A DNA stretch of 64,000 nt from Octopus sinensis (taxonomy: Eukaryota), in NCBI RefSeq assembly GCF_006345805.1, contig NC_042998.1, positions 158,658,001 to 158,722,000 on the forward strand, read 5' to 3'. The translations under genes and the position numbers were made by a program. How positions within the stretch are numbered: the stretch's first letter is position 1; every line of letters starts with the position of its first letter. This document shows positions 10,764 to 22,849 of the stretch, in pieces. Below the pieces are notes generated by a model, which made no database searches, was not told the DNA's origin, and saw only the letters and a list, made by a program, of their open reading frames with translations.

Positions 10764-12864
10764 CATCAAACCGGCTGACAAGGGTGGAGCTGTAGTGGTG
10801 TGGCGCGCGGACCTCTATAGGGCCGAGGCTTTCCGCCAACTCAATGACACCTCCTTCTATTCCCCTCTGCCCTCTAACCCCACACGTAGCTACCAACAGA
10901 CGGTATCCTCTACTGTCCAAGACCTCATCTCGTCCTCCCATCTCCCCCGCACCGCATCCAACCTAATTGTGCGAACCCCACGTACCCCCACCATTTACTT
11001 CCTCCCCAAAATCCCCAAACCCAACAACCCTGGCCGCCCCATCGTCTCCGCCTGTAACTTCCCCACGGAGCTCATCTCTAAATACCTCGACCGTGTCCTT
11101 GCCCCCCTAGTGGCATCTCTTCCCTCCCACATCCACGATACCAACCATGCTCTCCGGCTTTTCAACTCTTTCTCCTTTCCTCCCGGCTCCTCCAAAATCC
11201 TTTTTACTATGGACATCCAAAGCCTCTATACTGTTATCCCTCACCACGAAGGACTGCAGGCCCTTCGACACTTTCTTGACCTCCGCTCTAACCCTGTACC
11301 TGACACCTCCACACTCATTCGTCTGGCCGAACTTGTCCTTACTCTGAACTGCTTCTCGTTCGCGGGCGAGTTCTACCATCAGGTCTCGGGAGTGGCCATG
11401 GGAACGCGAATGGGCCCCAACTATGCGAACCTGCTCGTTGGCTATGCTGAGGCCCAAATATTCTCTAATTTCACTGGTCCTACTCCTGAACTATATGGTC
11501 GTTATATTGACGACATTATCGGTGCCACCTCACTCTCCCGCGAACATCTAGATTCCTTCCTCTCTTTCGTCCAATCTTTCCATCCAGCCCTCCACTTCAC
11601 TTCCACTATCTCCAACACCTCTGTCTCCTTCCTCGACATTTCGGTTAGCATTCTTCACTCCACTCTTACCACCTCCATTCACTACAAACACACAGACTCA
11701 CACTCATACCTCAACTTCTCTTCCTCCCACCCAGAACACACCAAGCTTTCCATCCCCTATTCCCAATTCCTCCGTCTACGTAGGCTCTGTAGTGACGACC
11801 ATGACTTTGAGACTCAGTCTCAACGTATGGCTCACCACTTCACCCTACGTGGATACCCCCTCACCACTATCCACACCGCCCTTGCCAGAGCACGGTCCGT
11901 GGACCGTGTATCTGCTCTCTCTCCCCGAACCCGCCCTGTAGTCTCCCGCGTCCCTCTTCCCTTCACTTACCACCCCACGACCCTACGTCTCCAACGCACC
12001 ATTCTTCGAGGTTTCCGTCATCTCCAGTCCGACCCGTCCACTTCACACCTCTTCCCTAACCGACCCCTCCCCTCTTTCAAACGAGCCCACAACCTTCGAG
12101 ACCTTTTGGTCCATAGCTTCTTCCCTGACCCTACCTCCCAACCCGGCTCGTTCCCCTGCTCCCGCCCACGTTGCCGCACTTGCCCTTACCTCTCCAACAC
12201 CACCCGCCTCACTAGCACCCACCATCGACCCTATCCCATCATCCACTCCTTCACCTGCACCTCCAGCAATATTATCTATTGCATCTCTTGCTCTCTCTGT
12301 AATTCCTTGTACATCGGACAAACGGGACGCCGCTTGGCTGACCGGTTCGCGGAACACCTTCGTGACATCCACCTTGCGAACGACACACCGGTCTCACGCC
12401 ATTTCCGCTCCACCGGTCACTCCTTGCAACACCTATCTGTGTTCGGTTTGTCCTTACACAGAAGCCATCCGGATTCCCGTTTGCGCCGTGAACAGGAATT
12501 AATCTTCTCTCTTCGCTCTTATACGCCATTTGGTCTAAACTCTCCCCCCTCCTCATCTAACCTCACCCCCCTCCTCACCTATCCTTTCTCCCCCCGACCC
12601 CTACTTCTTCAGTCCTTCATCCTTTCACCCCTACTCCCCTTCCCTTCTTCCCTCTTTCTCCCTCCCTCTTCCCCTTCCCTCTGCTCCCTCACTCCCTCTC
12701 TCCCCTTCTCTCTCCCCCTCTCCCTCTTTCCTCCTTCATCCCCCTCATCCCCTTCCTTCTCCCCCATCCTCTCCTCTCCCCCCTTCTCCTCCCCCTCTTC
12801 TTCCCCTCCCCTTCTCTCCCCCCTCTTCTCCCCCTCCCCCTCTTCTCCTCACTACACCACATGA
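10762..12864 (+). CDS. PLE reverse transcriptase with C-terminal GIY-YIG endonuclease (N-terminus missing; family stop ~12558-12560 bypassed)
   Basis: IIKPADKGGAVVVW, PGRPIVS, FTMDIQSLYT, GVAMGTRMGP, YGRYIDD, FLDI, CSRPRCRTC linker, NIIYCISCSLC..YIGQTGRRLADRFAEH, EQELI, PFGLN; no internal stops. Confidence 0.92.
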
Positions 12865-13403
12865 CTTTACACATCACATCACATATGATGTGCCATACTA
12901 ATACACACACCAACTAATACATACTAATACGTACTAATACATACTAGTACATACTAATACTTACACCAACCCTATACATACACACGTCCAGACCCCGCAT
13001 ACGCACTTATACTCTCTCACACACACACACACACACACCTATACATACCAATACGTACTAATACATACTAATACATACTAATACATACACCAACCCCATA
13101 CATACGCACGTCCAGACCAATCTTACGCACTAATACTCTCTCATACACACACACACACACACACACCCTTATACATACTAATACATACACCAACCCTATA
13201 CATACACACATCCAGACCCCTCCCACGCACTTTTAGCTGGTCCCTCAACCCGTTTATCAACCCTATTATCTCCCCTTATTTCGCTCTCGCGTCTCATGTT
13301 TGATCTTTGACCTCTGGCCGAAATCAGATCGCCATGTTGATTCGTTAGCTACTGCACGCATTTTTTTTCTCTCCTTCTTTCTGTGTTTTTCTCTCTCTGT
13401 GTA

Positions 13404-13441
13404 TCTTTCTGTTGAAGAGCGTAGGCTCGAAACGTTAAAGA
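13404..13441 (+). ncRNA. Minimal type I hammerhead-like motif (CUGUUGA core)
   Basis: TCTTT CTGTTGA A GAGC GTAG GCTC GAAAC GTT AAAGA; 5-bp stem I, palindromic AACGTT stem III. Confidence 0.7.
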
Positions 13442-13583
13442 CTTGTTTTATTTATATTTCCTGAGCGCCATACTAATACAATTGTTCGTTTGTTTTCCAC
13501 CTGCCTTCGTCTTTTGTTTATTTTCATAAAGCTCCCGTTATATATATATATATACACACACTCACACACACATATATATACAT

Positions 13584-13614
<31 letters not shown>

Positions 13615-13636
13615 CATACACACACACACACCACAC

Positions 13637-13692
<56 letters not shown>

Positions 13693-13694
<2 letters not shown>

Positions 13695-14030
13695 TGGCAT
13701 TCACGTGTTCCAGTTGATCCAAACAACGGAACAGCCTGCTCGTGAAATTAACGTGCAAATGGCTGAGCACTCAACAGTCACGTGTACCCTGAACGTAGTT
13801 CTCGGGGAGATTCAGCGTGACACAAAATGTGATAAGGCTGACCCTTTTAAATACAGGTACAGCAGAAACTGGAAGAAAGAGAGAGCTGTGCTGAAAGAAA
13901 ACAACAGGGTTCGCCACCCAACCGGAGCTTCGTGGAGCTTTAGGTGTTTTCGCTCAATAAACACTCACAACGCCCGATCTGGGAATCGATGCGAGCCCGT
14001 TGCCCTAACTACTGGGTCATTCCACCTCCA
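13693..14030 (-). mobile_element. tRNA-headed SINE of a second family
   Basis: Reverse complement begins ggaggtggaatgacccagtagttagggc..gattcccagatcgggcgttgtgagtg (A-box; B-box partly deleted); long body ending in (TA)n. Confidence 0.7.
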
Positions 14031-14043
14031 CACACACACACAA

Positions 14044-14076
<33 letters not shown>

Positions 14077-14108
14077 TACATACATACATACATACATACA
14101 TACATACA

Positions 14109-14141
<33 letters not shown>

Positions 14142-14160
14142 GTGTGTATGTATGTGTTAA

Positions 14161-14439
14161 AGAGGGCAACAAACGCTAAAGCAAGACAAAAAAAATTCAA
14201 ACTCTTACAGCTGTTACTGGGATATCTCAAAATATGGGATATCCCGTCATCGGAGACAAAAAACGAAAATGTGAAGGGTATAGATTAAGGAAAGCTTTCA
14301 CATCTTCCCTATCTGTCTCCGGTGACAGGATATTCCATATCTTGAGATATCCCAGAAACAACTGTGACTTTGAATGTTTTAATAATAATAACATATATGA
14401 CTTGAGATGTTTGACTTGCCTTGGTGTTTTTTGTCCTCT
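14161..14439. mobile_element. MITE with long imperfect TIRs and TTAA target duplication (Kolobok-like)
   Basis: TTAA|AGAGGGCAA ... TTGTCCTCT|TTAA; inner arms gatatctcaaaatatgggatatcccgtcatcggagaca / tgtctccggtgacaggatattccatatcttgagatatc. Confidence 0.75.
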
Positions 14440-14765
14440 TTAACAAATATATATCCGCTATATCGGAAAACTACAATGGTTCCTTAACTCCCATCTCGGC
14501 TATGAGCTTGGAGCCCTGGTAATCCATTACAGCACTTACCCAGCGTACTTAGTCGTTTAGATCACCTATGAACTAAACCCCCATATTTTGTGTGTGTGTG
14601 TGTGTGGCTTAACTGGCTGAAATTTCAAAGTAACTCAACAACATTCGTGTATAGGAATAATAAATTTGTACTCTATAAAAGTGAAGAGTAACCCATAAGC
14701 TTAATGTAAAATTATCATTATTGTAACTGAACATGAAGACAAGCATTAATATAAATCTCTATAAG

Positions 14766-14945
14766 TTTCTAATTTTGGCACAAGTCCAACCATTTCGTTG
14801 GAGGGGTAAGTTGATTACGTCGACCCCAGTGCTTAACTGGGACTCATTTCATCGAAACTGAAAGTATGAAAAGCAAAGTCGACGCCGGTGGCTTTTGAAA
14901 TCAGAATGTAATGTCGGAAGAAATGCCGCTAAGCATTTTGCCGGT
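14766..14945 (-). mobile_element. Degenerate tRNA-derived SINE
   Basis: Same family as 8491-8700. Confidence 0.7.
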
Positions 14946-14965
14946 ATTTTGTCCAACTCAACACC

Positions 14966-15000
<35 letters not shown>

Positions 15001-15060
15001 ATATATATATATTATATAATATATATATATATATAATATATATATATATAGATAGATAGG

Positions 15061-15102
<42 letters not shown>

Positions 15103-16329
15103 TATTGAGAGAGAGAGAGAGAGACCGACGGACTGACAGACAGCTTCATATTCATGAACACACATACACACATATATATGTAAGTATGTGTGTATGTATG
15201 TATGCATGAATGTATGTATGCATGCATAAAACAGTTGGATTATATGACTTAAAGTTAGCTCGGACCCATCTCATTAGATACCTGATGAGATGGGTTTTCT
15301 ACTACGAATCCATGAAACTTTAACTCGCATAGAGCTGAATCAAGCTCTTATTAAATAATATATGTAATTTCCACCAAATGTATTGAGCGTCACTTTCTGT
15401 CGATCTACCTTTCAGTCGCATGTATGCATATATATATTCAGATTTGTCTTCTTACTATGCTAATCCGTTTCTACTGTCCGTCTAATATGGAGCTGTCCTG
15501 ATAGGGGGGAATAACTCGATAGCAATTAGATTATACATCAAAACAGGCTTGTATAAAGGTTCGAACTCAGTTAGCAATATATAGATGACTAGGTAAAATT
15601 ATTAAAGAACAAAAAAATAAAATATTTACAATTATTGTATAGGGAGTGTGGGAGTATAAAGTATATAATTTGTAATTTAAAACCCTAAATACTGAAGGGT
15701 AGGAAATTTTAACATCACATGTGTGCTCGAAAACTTCTAACTCGCTCTCCTGTTTATTATAGTGTAAAAGATGTGAGGGTTCACATAATTTCAGCTTCAA
15801 ATAAACAGGTCTCGTATACACGCACTCTCACGCACACACACACGCATACAGACATACATACACACATATTCCCGTGTGTGTGAGAGAGGGAGAGTACAGT
15901 ATTGAATAAGAATTTTGAAAGAAGGAAATTTCCAGGATTTAAAATAATGCTATGTCTTATTAAATATATAACAGCATCTGCAATTAATTTGCTATTACAT
16001 GCGACAGTTAACGCATTTACGTTATAAATGTTTGTAATTAGTGACGACATTCTTCATCAATTTCCATATTCAAACATTGAAGTGATTTGTAAATTTACTT
16101 GAGAAAAAGTTTTGGAAGGAAATATAATTATAGTTACATATTGACCTCATATCAATTAAACAATAAAACATATTCATATTTTTGTGAAACACATGCTGTG
16201 TGACAATTAAATTTACGTTATTTAGTAACTGATTAATTCTGATCGAATGGATTAATAATATAGACAACCTGACCATGACCATTCTGTCCTTTCAGACAGT
16301 TTCTCTCAGATTGCTTTACCTTTATATAG

Positions 16330-17145
16330 CTCCTTTTTGTTCTTTCATGTTAGTTCCCGTTTTATAATTAGGATAGCCTCCTTAATTCGAAGATTGCCTC
16401 CGTCACGTTTTGTGGTCCGGATGGATACAGTAATGTCCTTTGTCTGGTACTTCTCTAATTCTTGATGCAGATGGATATACAGTTTTCTAATGGTCCTCCA
16501 AATGTAGGGTTCTCTACAAACGCTGCAGATTACCTTAGATACCACCTAGTCCGTCGGGCACATTTTTATGTTGATCATGGAACAATTGGACACGATGCCG
16601 TTTGTAATACTATTTCTTTACAAAAAGTCCCTCCCTGTGAATTGCATGATGGATTATCGTGATGATTCTGTCATCGACGTTCGAAGTTTTAAGAAGTGTG
16701 TGTGTCAATCTTGTGACTGTGGGCCTTCCTATAAAGTTTATTAACTTTATCATTGTTTATATACTGATATATTACGTAAGCTAGTGGATAAGCCTTGTTT
16801 AGTAAGATCATGTGCAATTATTTGGTGTTTGTGACACTGTTAGCTGCATCGCTGTACCTATCACCTTTACTTGAAATTTCATTTGTACGTGGATAGTTTT
16901 AACTCTGGTAGGTAGGGCTGATTCACAGTGCACAGTCAAATTCCTAATTGGAGCTTTCTTGTAAAAGTTGGAATAAATAGAAACCCTCTGTAATTCTGAG
17001 ATAGGAATGGAGCATAAAGAGGGCTCCATACTTGACACGGTGCTCAATTTTGAATTTGATGCGTTCATCGGCGTTGTTGAATTTCTCCTTCCGGAAGGAA
17101 GTCAGCATTAGGAGATCGTCCACATCCTTAGCAAAGAAGGTACCT
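16330..17145 (-). mobile_element. Degenerate PLE remnant (RT motif C to GIY-YIG)
   Basis: FFAKDVDDLLML, FNNADERIKFKIEH, NLTVHCESALP, SKVICSVCREPYIWRTIR, LRIKEAILI. Confidence 0.7.
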
Positions 17146-18091
17146 TTTTTTATTCAATTTAATATCACACATGTGTGTATGTATGTATGTATGTATGTAT
17201 GTATGTATGTATGTATGTATGTATGTATGTATGTATGTATGAATGTCCTGCTTAATAGCAGTAAATGCATTCAGACCAATGAGTGGCATGAATTGACGAC
17301 AAGTCACTTTTAGTTTAGGAATAAGAACTATTACCATTCCATCAGTTTTCTTGCTTCAATTAAAGAATAATCCATATAACCGAGAGACGAAAGGAATTAA
17401 TAATAAAGTTCGTAGATATCTAGTAAACAACCCAGAATAGCGAATAAATTGAAGAGACATTATTAATTTCGAAAGTTATTGTTACATACAACACGAACTG
17501 TGATTAGCAATCATTTCAAAAAAGAAAAAAAGAAAAAAATCCTTCGCACTATTAATGTCAAATGTTGGTGGCCTGCAGCCTAATTTCTGCCAAATCCAAC
17601 TTAATAGAATGTCTTAATTCTTCACCTTTTTATATGTTTAATAACTTTTTTTACTTCGTTCAATTTCAATATTATTGCTTCATTCGTTGCTATTTTCTTT
17701 CTCTTTCACTCTTTTTTCCCTTTAATGCTTTCCTTAATTTCCTCTATATGTATGTTCTACACCAATCTCAATGTTTTCACATCCATAAACACGAACATCC
17801 TCTTTGGTTCTATCTCTCTCCTCTTTCTTCCTCTCTCTTTCACACGCACACACACTCGTTCATCCCATCTATCGCTTTACGTTTATTTCATTTACATAAA
17901 CACTCTCATAACACCATTCTATTAATAATTATTGCACTATTTTCCTTCTATTTGTGTAAAATTTTCACGTTAATTGAATATCGATCCGCCTGTCTGTCTT
18001 GATATTATATTTACTTATTTAAGACAAGGGCTATGGCCATGCTACTGCACTTATATATATATACATATATATATAATATATATTATATATA

Positions 18092-18138
<47 letters not shown>

Positions 18139-18154
18139 TATCTATATATATATA

Positions 18155-18492
18155 TTGATGTTGCAGCAGCAATATTAGCGGTTGGGAGGCAGTTGCCAGC
18201 AACCGTGGAGACTGGCGACGTACCGTTAAAAGAGGGAATACAAAGGAGAGTGACAGAGAGGAGAGAGAGGAGAATGGAAAGACAAGAAAAGACGTCAACA
18301 AGAAACTATGGCATTACAACAGCCAGGAACAGACTTCGCTACATTTGCCGGTACCTGCCAAAGGAGTGTTTGTCCAGGATAGGACTACACAGCCACAGCA
18401 GGAAATGTATCAGGACATGAAATGTAAAAGCGGACTAGACTACTTTTGGCGCAACTCCATTGTCTCCCGAGACAAAAAGGATGCCAACAACA
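18155..18492 (+). mobile_element. RTE-clade LINE 3' end
   Basis: C-terminal KECLSRIGLHSHSRKC, then ggcgcaactccattgtctcccgagacaaaaaggatgcc and an (AAC) tail. Confidence 0.8.
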
Positions 18493-18538
18493 ATATATAT
18501 ATATATACAAATATATATACACACACATATATATATAT

Positions 18539-18582
<44 letters not shown>

Positions 18583-18657
18583 TATATATATATAATACAT
18601 ATCTATATACATACAAACACAAACACATATATAATGTATATTATTATTATTATTATT

Positions 18658-19158
18658 GAGTGAGAGAGCAGTGCATGCCATCAAAGTGACACTGGGGTAA
18701 AATATACGAAGCGCAGCATACCCATCATGACTACCCGTCTGATAAAGGTACACCAGGCACATGCATCACAACCATAGTGCGCGACATGGTGACCTCATAT
18801 CAAGATAAACAGCACATGACCTTGCAGGTGGGGCCCAGTTAGAATTTTCTTCGGGTCGAGTAGCCCATCGTGCTCAAAAGGTCCCTAAATAAGGTTTTGC
18901 TTTAGGATGTTGAACGAAACACCTCGTTTCCAGAGGTGAATTATTCAAACTCCAAAGAATCCCTCTCAACACATGGCTATGATGCTCCCCCACTACTTCT
19001 GCTCGTGATCAGAGATGCACGTATTGTCAGCCACTAAGGGAAATGCTCAACTGGTTAAGGTCAAACAACTGACAAGCAAATCTGTGGTATTGAGCAGAAT
19101 ATTTGCTGTAGCCCATCTTTTATACCAAGACAAAACAATGTACATGATGACACTTCCA

Positions 19159-19160
<2 letters not shown>
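18658..19160 (-). mobile_element. Copy of the ~560-bp (TAA)n-associated repeat, 5' ~50 nt missing
   Basis: Reverse complement of 6535-7038; (TTA)n on both sides. Confidence 0.85.
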
Positions 19161-19218
<58 letters not shown>

Positions 19219-19824
19219 GAGTAAGAGAGCAGTGCATGCCATCAAAGTGATACTGGGGTAAAATATACGAAGCCCAGTATACTCAACATGACTATCCGTC
19301 TGATAAGGGTACACTAGGTACATGCATCACAACCAAATGTGCTCGACATGGTGATCTCATATCAAGATAAACAGCACAAGACCTTGCAGGAGTAGCCCAT
19401 CCCGCTCAAACGGTCCCTGAATAGAGTTGTTTAAGGATGTTGAACGAAACACCCATGTTTCCAGAGGTGAATTATTCAAACCCCAAACAATCCCTCTCAA
19501 CACATGGCGATGGTGATCCCCCACTACTTCTGCTCGTGATCAGAGATGCACATATCGTCAGCCACTAAGGGACATGCTCAACTTGTTATGGTCAAACAAC
19601 TGACAAGCAAATCTGTGGTATTGAGCAGAATATTTGGTGGAGCCCATCTTTTATATCAAGACAAAACAATGTACATGATAACAATTCCAATCAGTTAAGA
19701 TGAGAAGCCATGAGAGCCACTGCCTGGTACTGCATCAGGGCAGACAAAACAATGTACTTGATAATACTCTCAATCAGTTAAGATAAGAAGCCATGAAGGC
19801 CACTGCCTAGGACAGCATCATGGG
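19219..19824 (-). mobile_element. Full copy of the ~560-bp repeat plus partial duplication of its 5' end
   Basis: 19219-19743 matches 6483-7038; 19744-19824 repeats the terminal ~80 nt. Confidence 0.85.
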
Positions 19825-19889
<65 letters not shown>

Positions 19890-19915
19890 CATTATTATTA
19901 TTAATATTATTATTA

Positions 19916-19963
<48 letters not shown>

Positions 19964-19984
19964 TATTATTATTATTAGTATTAT

Positions 19985-21800
19985 TCAGTAGTTTTATTTT
20001 TATAGCGTGCTTTCACTTCACTACCGAGCGTAGCTCTGTGTGCCTTGGGTATGTACTGTGATTTGTTGTGATGCTCTGATGGTTATTGTATTGAAAGTGT
20101 TCTGCGTAGGATGTGTGCAGTGCCTAGTAGTTCAATTTTCTGTATGTTGTATGTGTTTGTAAGTCCTGGTGTTTTTGTTATGTATTTGTCTGAATATTTT
20201 TTATCATGCCTATTGCACCTACTATGATAGGAATTGTGTCTGTTTTTAGATTCCACATTCTGGTTACCTCTATTTCCTGGTCTTTATATTTTGAAAGTTT
20301 CTCCATTTCTTTTAGAGACACGTTCTGCAGGTATTGATACATGAATTAGAAATCATTTTTTCCTTCATGATCTTGAGCTTCTCAACCATTGCTGGGATTT
20401 TTCTTTGTCTATTTCTTTTGCATTTAGTTTAGTCCAGTATTTGCCATGAAGGGGCTTTTCTTGCCATCGTTTTATCATGGTCCGTTGCTGTTCTAGTTTT
20501 AGTTTGGATTTCATTTGTTTTATAGCTTGTTGTCTTTTCTTCTTATTCTCTTCTTCTTCTTCTTCTTCTTTGCTTCTTCTTCTTCTTCTTTCTTCTTCTT
20601 CTTCTTCTTCTTAATTTTTTAGGTGGTATGATTTCTTGTTTGTATTTGTCAGCTTCCTTAAATACTGAGAACAGTTTTTTTGTTTTGCTCGTGTTTTGCC
20701 GCTATTTGTATCAGTTTTCCTTCCTTCAGGAGTAGATTTTTTTGTAGTCCTATGGTGATTATTTTATAGTAGTTTTCCAGCCTCTACCACCTTTTATACG
20801 TTGTATATATATAGCCTTTCTATGTCAGATTTTGGGTGATGCATCCTTGATCCTGTCATTACTTTTCTTGTTTTCCTAACTATTTTGGCCAGTTCTTTTA
20901 GTGTCCAGTTAAGGATATTGTAGCTGTAACTTATAACTGGGACGGCTAAAGTGTTAATACCTATTATCTTGTTTTTAGCATTGAGCTCTGTTTTTAGTAT
21001 TGATCTAACTCGTCTATAATATTCTTTTTTTATTTTCTCTTTCATTTGTGTGTGTTGTCTCTTATCTAGTTCATGGATTCCTAAGTATTTGTAAGTTTGG
21101 ATTTGGTCTAATTCTTTTATTTCATTGGTTTTATCTAGTGTGATGTTGCTACTCTTAACTAGTTTTCCTCTTTTCAGGGTTACTTTGGCGCATTTTTCTA
21201 ATCCAAATTTCATATCTATTTCTTTGGTAAATCCACGAACTGTCTTTAGTAGTGTTTCCAGCTGTTTGTCATTTGTAGCGTATAGCTTTAGGTCATCCAT
21301 ATATAAAAGGTGACTGATCGTTTTGCCGTAACATTTATATCCTCATCCAGTTCTATTTAGCATATTAGATAGAGGTGACAATGCCAAGCAGAAAAGGAGT
21401 GGAGAGAGCGTGTCTCCCTGGAATATTGTTGTGTGGCTTCTATCTACATTTTCCTGATGTATTTTTTCTTTTAAATGTTCTATTTCTATTTCTGATATTT
21501 TTTTGCGTTGAGTGTGTGTATATATGTATATATATTTTTCCGTGTACGTTAGCTAGTTTAATAGGGTTCATTGCTGAATCCAAGTCTTTATTTATGTTAT
21601 TTTTCTTCCATATTTTATATGTATATGTTGTGTTTTTGTTCTTAAGGTAGAGTACTGCTGTAAAGTAAGCGTGTAGGATTGAAATGCATTCCTTACGTGT
21701 CCATTTATGCCTTTTTGGTTTTATTTGCGGGAACGTCCGGCCCGTTATTTTGATGGTCGTCTTTTTCGTCCGTTCATTTCTGTTGTCACATTGTTTTGCA
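19985..21800 (-). mobile_element. R4/Dong-like LINE with two large internal deletions
   Basis: N-terminal RHKWTRKE region, then IFQGDTLSPLLF..HLLYMDDLK, MHHPKSDIERLY, QQWLRSS fused to RDHE..DVSIP; 3' UTR shared with 5796-6385; (TTA)n at the 3' flank. Confidence 0.85.
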
Positions 21801-21804
21801 CGTG

Positions 21805-22411
21805 TAGTGCCACCGAATTCAAAATACGAATGAGAGTTCATCACCTTCCCTTGCCCATTAGCGTGTGTCGCCAAGTAAGATGCTACAGAGAGAAACTGTA
21901 GTTTGTTATCAGGGAGGAAAATTCCATTAGCAATAATAACAAAGGGTAAAATTAATTAATTAAGAAGTAATCAGTAATTTCACCAAGTAGAATTCGGTGA
22001 CACGCTAATGGGCAGGGGAAGGTGATGAACTCTCATTCGTATTTTAAATTTGGCAGCACTAGCACTGAATATGATCTCTCTGATACCGTTAGGTGGAGAG
22101 ATATTTTCCAGTGCCTTCGAATTTAATATTTAATAATTAATATTGGAGGAATCCCACGCTGATGAACCGAAAATGGTCGGGTAAAGTATAATTATTTATT
22201 CTTTATACCGATCTAATTCCGAAACGCGCGTACGTGGGTAACCTAATATCGATTGATTTTCGTCATTCCCCCTTGCCTGCGTGGATTGTGTTTAAGTACT
22301 TTGGTTTTTCTGGGAGTCCCTTTTAAAGTAGAAGGAATAGCTAAGATGTTTTGACTGCTATTTCTAAACTTCGGTATGTGGTGAAGCAAATCTTTGCTTA
22401 CCCCTATTTAA

Positions 22412-22414
<3 letters not shown>
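21805..22414 (+). mobile_element. PLE-type pseudo-LTR unit (21940-22414) preceded by an inverted partial copy (21805-21890)
   Basis: 21805-21872 and 21995-22062 are ~65-bp inverted repeats; canonical HHR at 22153-22238; ends in (TA)n; homologous to 1-430. Confidence 0.7.
22153..22238 (+). ncRNA. Type I hammerhead ribozyme
   Basis: CCCACG CTGATGA ..(branched stem II region).. GAAAC GCGC GTA CGTGGG; perfect 6-bp stem I, palindrome ACGCGCGT; base of stem II pairs poorly. Confidence 0.75.
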
Positions 22415-22457
<43 letters not shown>

Positions 22458-22458
22458 C

Positions 22459-22531
<73 letters not shown>

Positions 22532-22533
<2 letters not shown>

Positions 22534-22680
22534 ATCACAAACAGTTTGATTGAAATTCGTTGGTACTCCTGTGTTTCAAGCGAGATGCTAGTCATCACCC
22601 ATTTTGAATTTGAGTTCAAATTCAAATTGGCTGACGACTTGCATTATGCTTGAACTCAAATGTACCAACTGTTTTGATCC
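22532..22680. repeat. Imperfect ~150-nt palindrome made of two head-to-head degenerate HHR units
   Basis: ggatcacaaacagtt/aactgttttgatcc and tttgaatttga/tcaaattcaaa; right arm TTGG CTGACGA cttGCAttaTGCtt GAAC tcaaat GTA CCAA. Confidence 0.65.
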
Positions 22681-22817
22681 ATACAAGTAACTCCCAGTAA
22701 ATTGGTTGAATGCCCCTCTTTCGTTTGTCCACTGTTCCGTTTTTCTCTCGTTGTTTGCGTATTTAACTCGTTTGTTTTCGTACTTCTTGTTTTTTACACA
22801 GTTGGTGTAAATACATG

Positions 22818-22849
<32 letters not shown>

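Larger units (their letters stand above)
10762..13538 (+). mobile_element. Neptune-type Penelope-like retroelement, 5'-truncated, long 3' UTR, (TA)n on both sides
   Basis: RT + Cys linker + GIY-YIG ORF; CT-rich and CATA-rich UTR; HHR motif ~100 nt before the 3' end. Confidence 0.92.

Noticed and set aside
15282-15325. CTGATGA + ATGGGTT/AATCCAT stem + GAAAC
   Set aside because: No stem I can form after the putative triplet, so the motif is incomplete.
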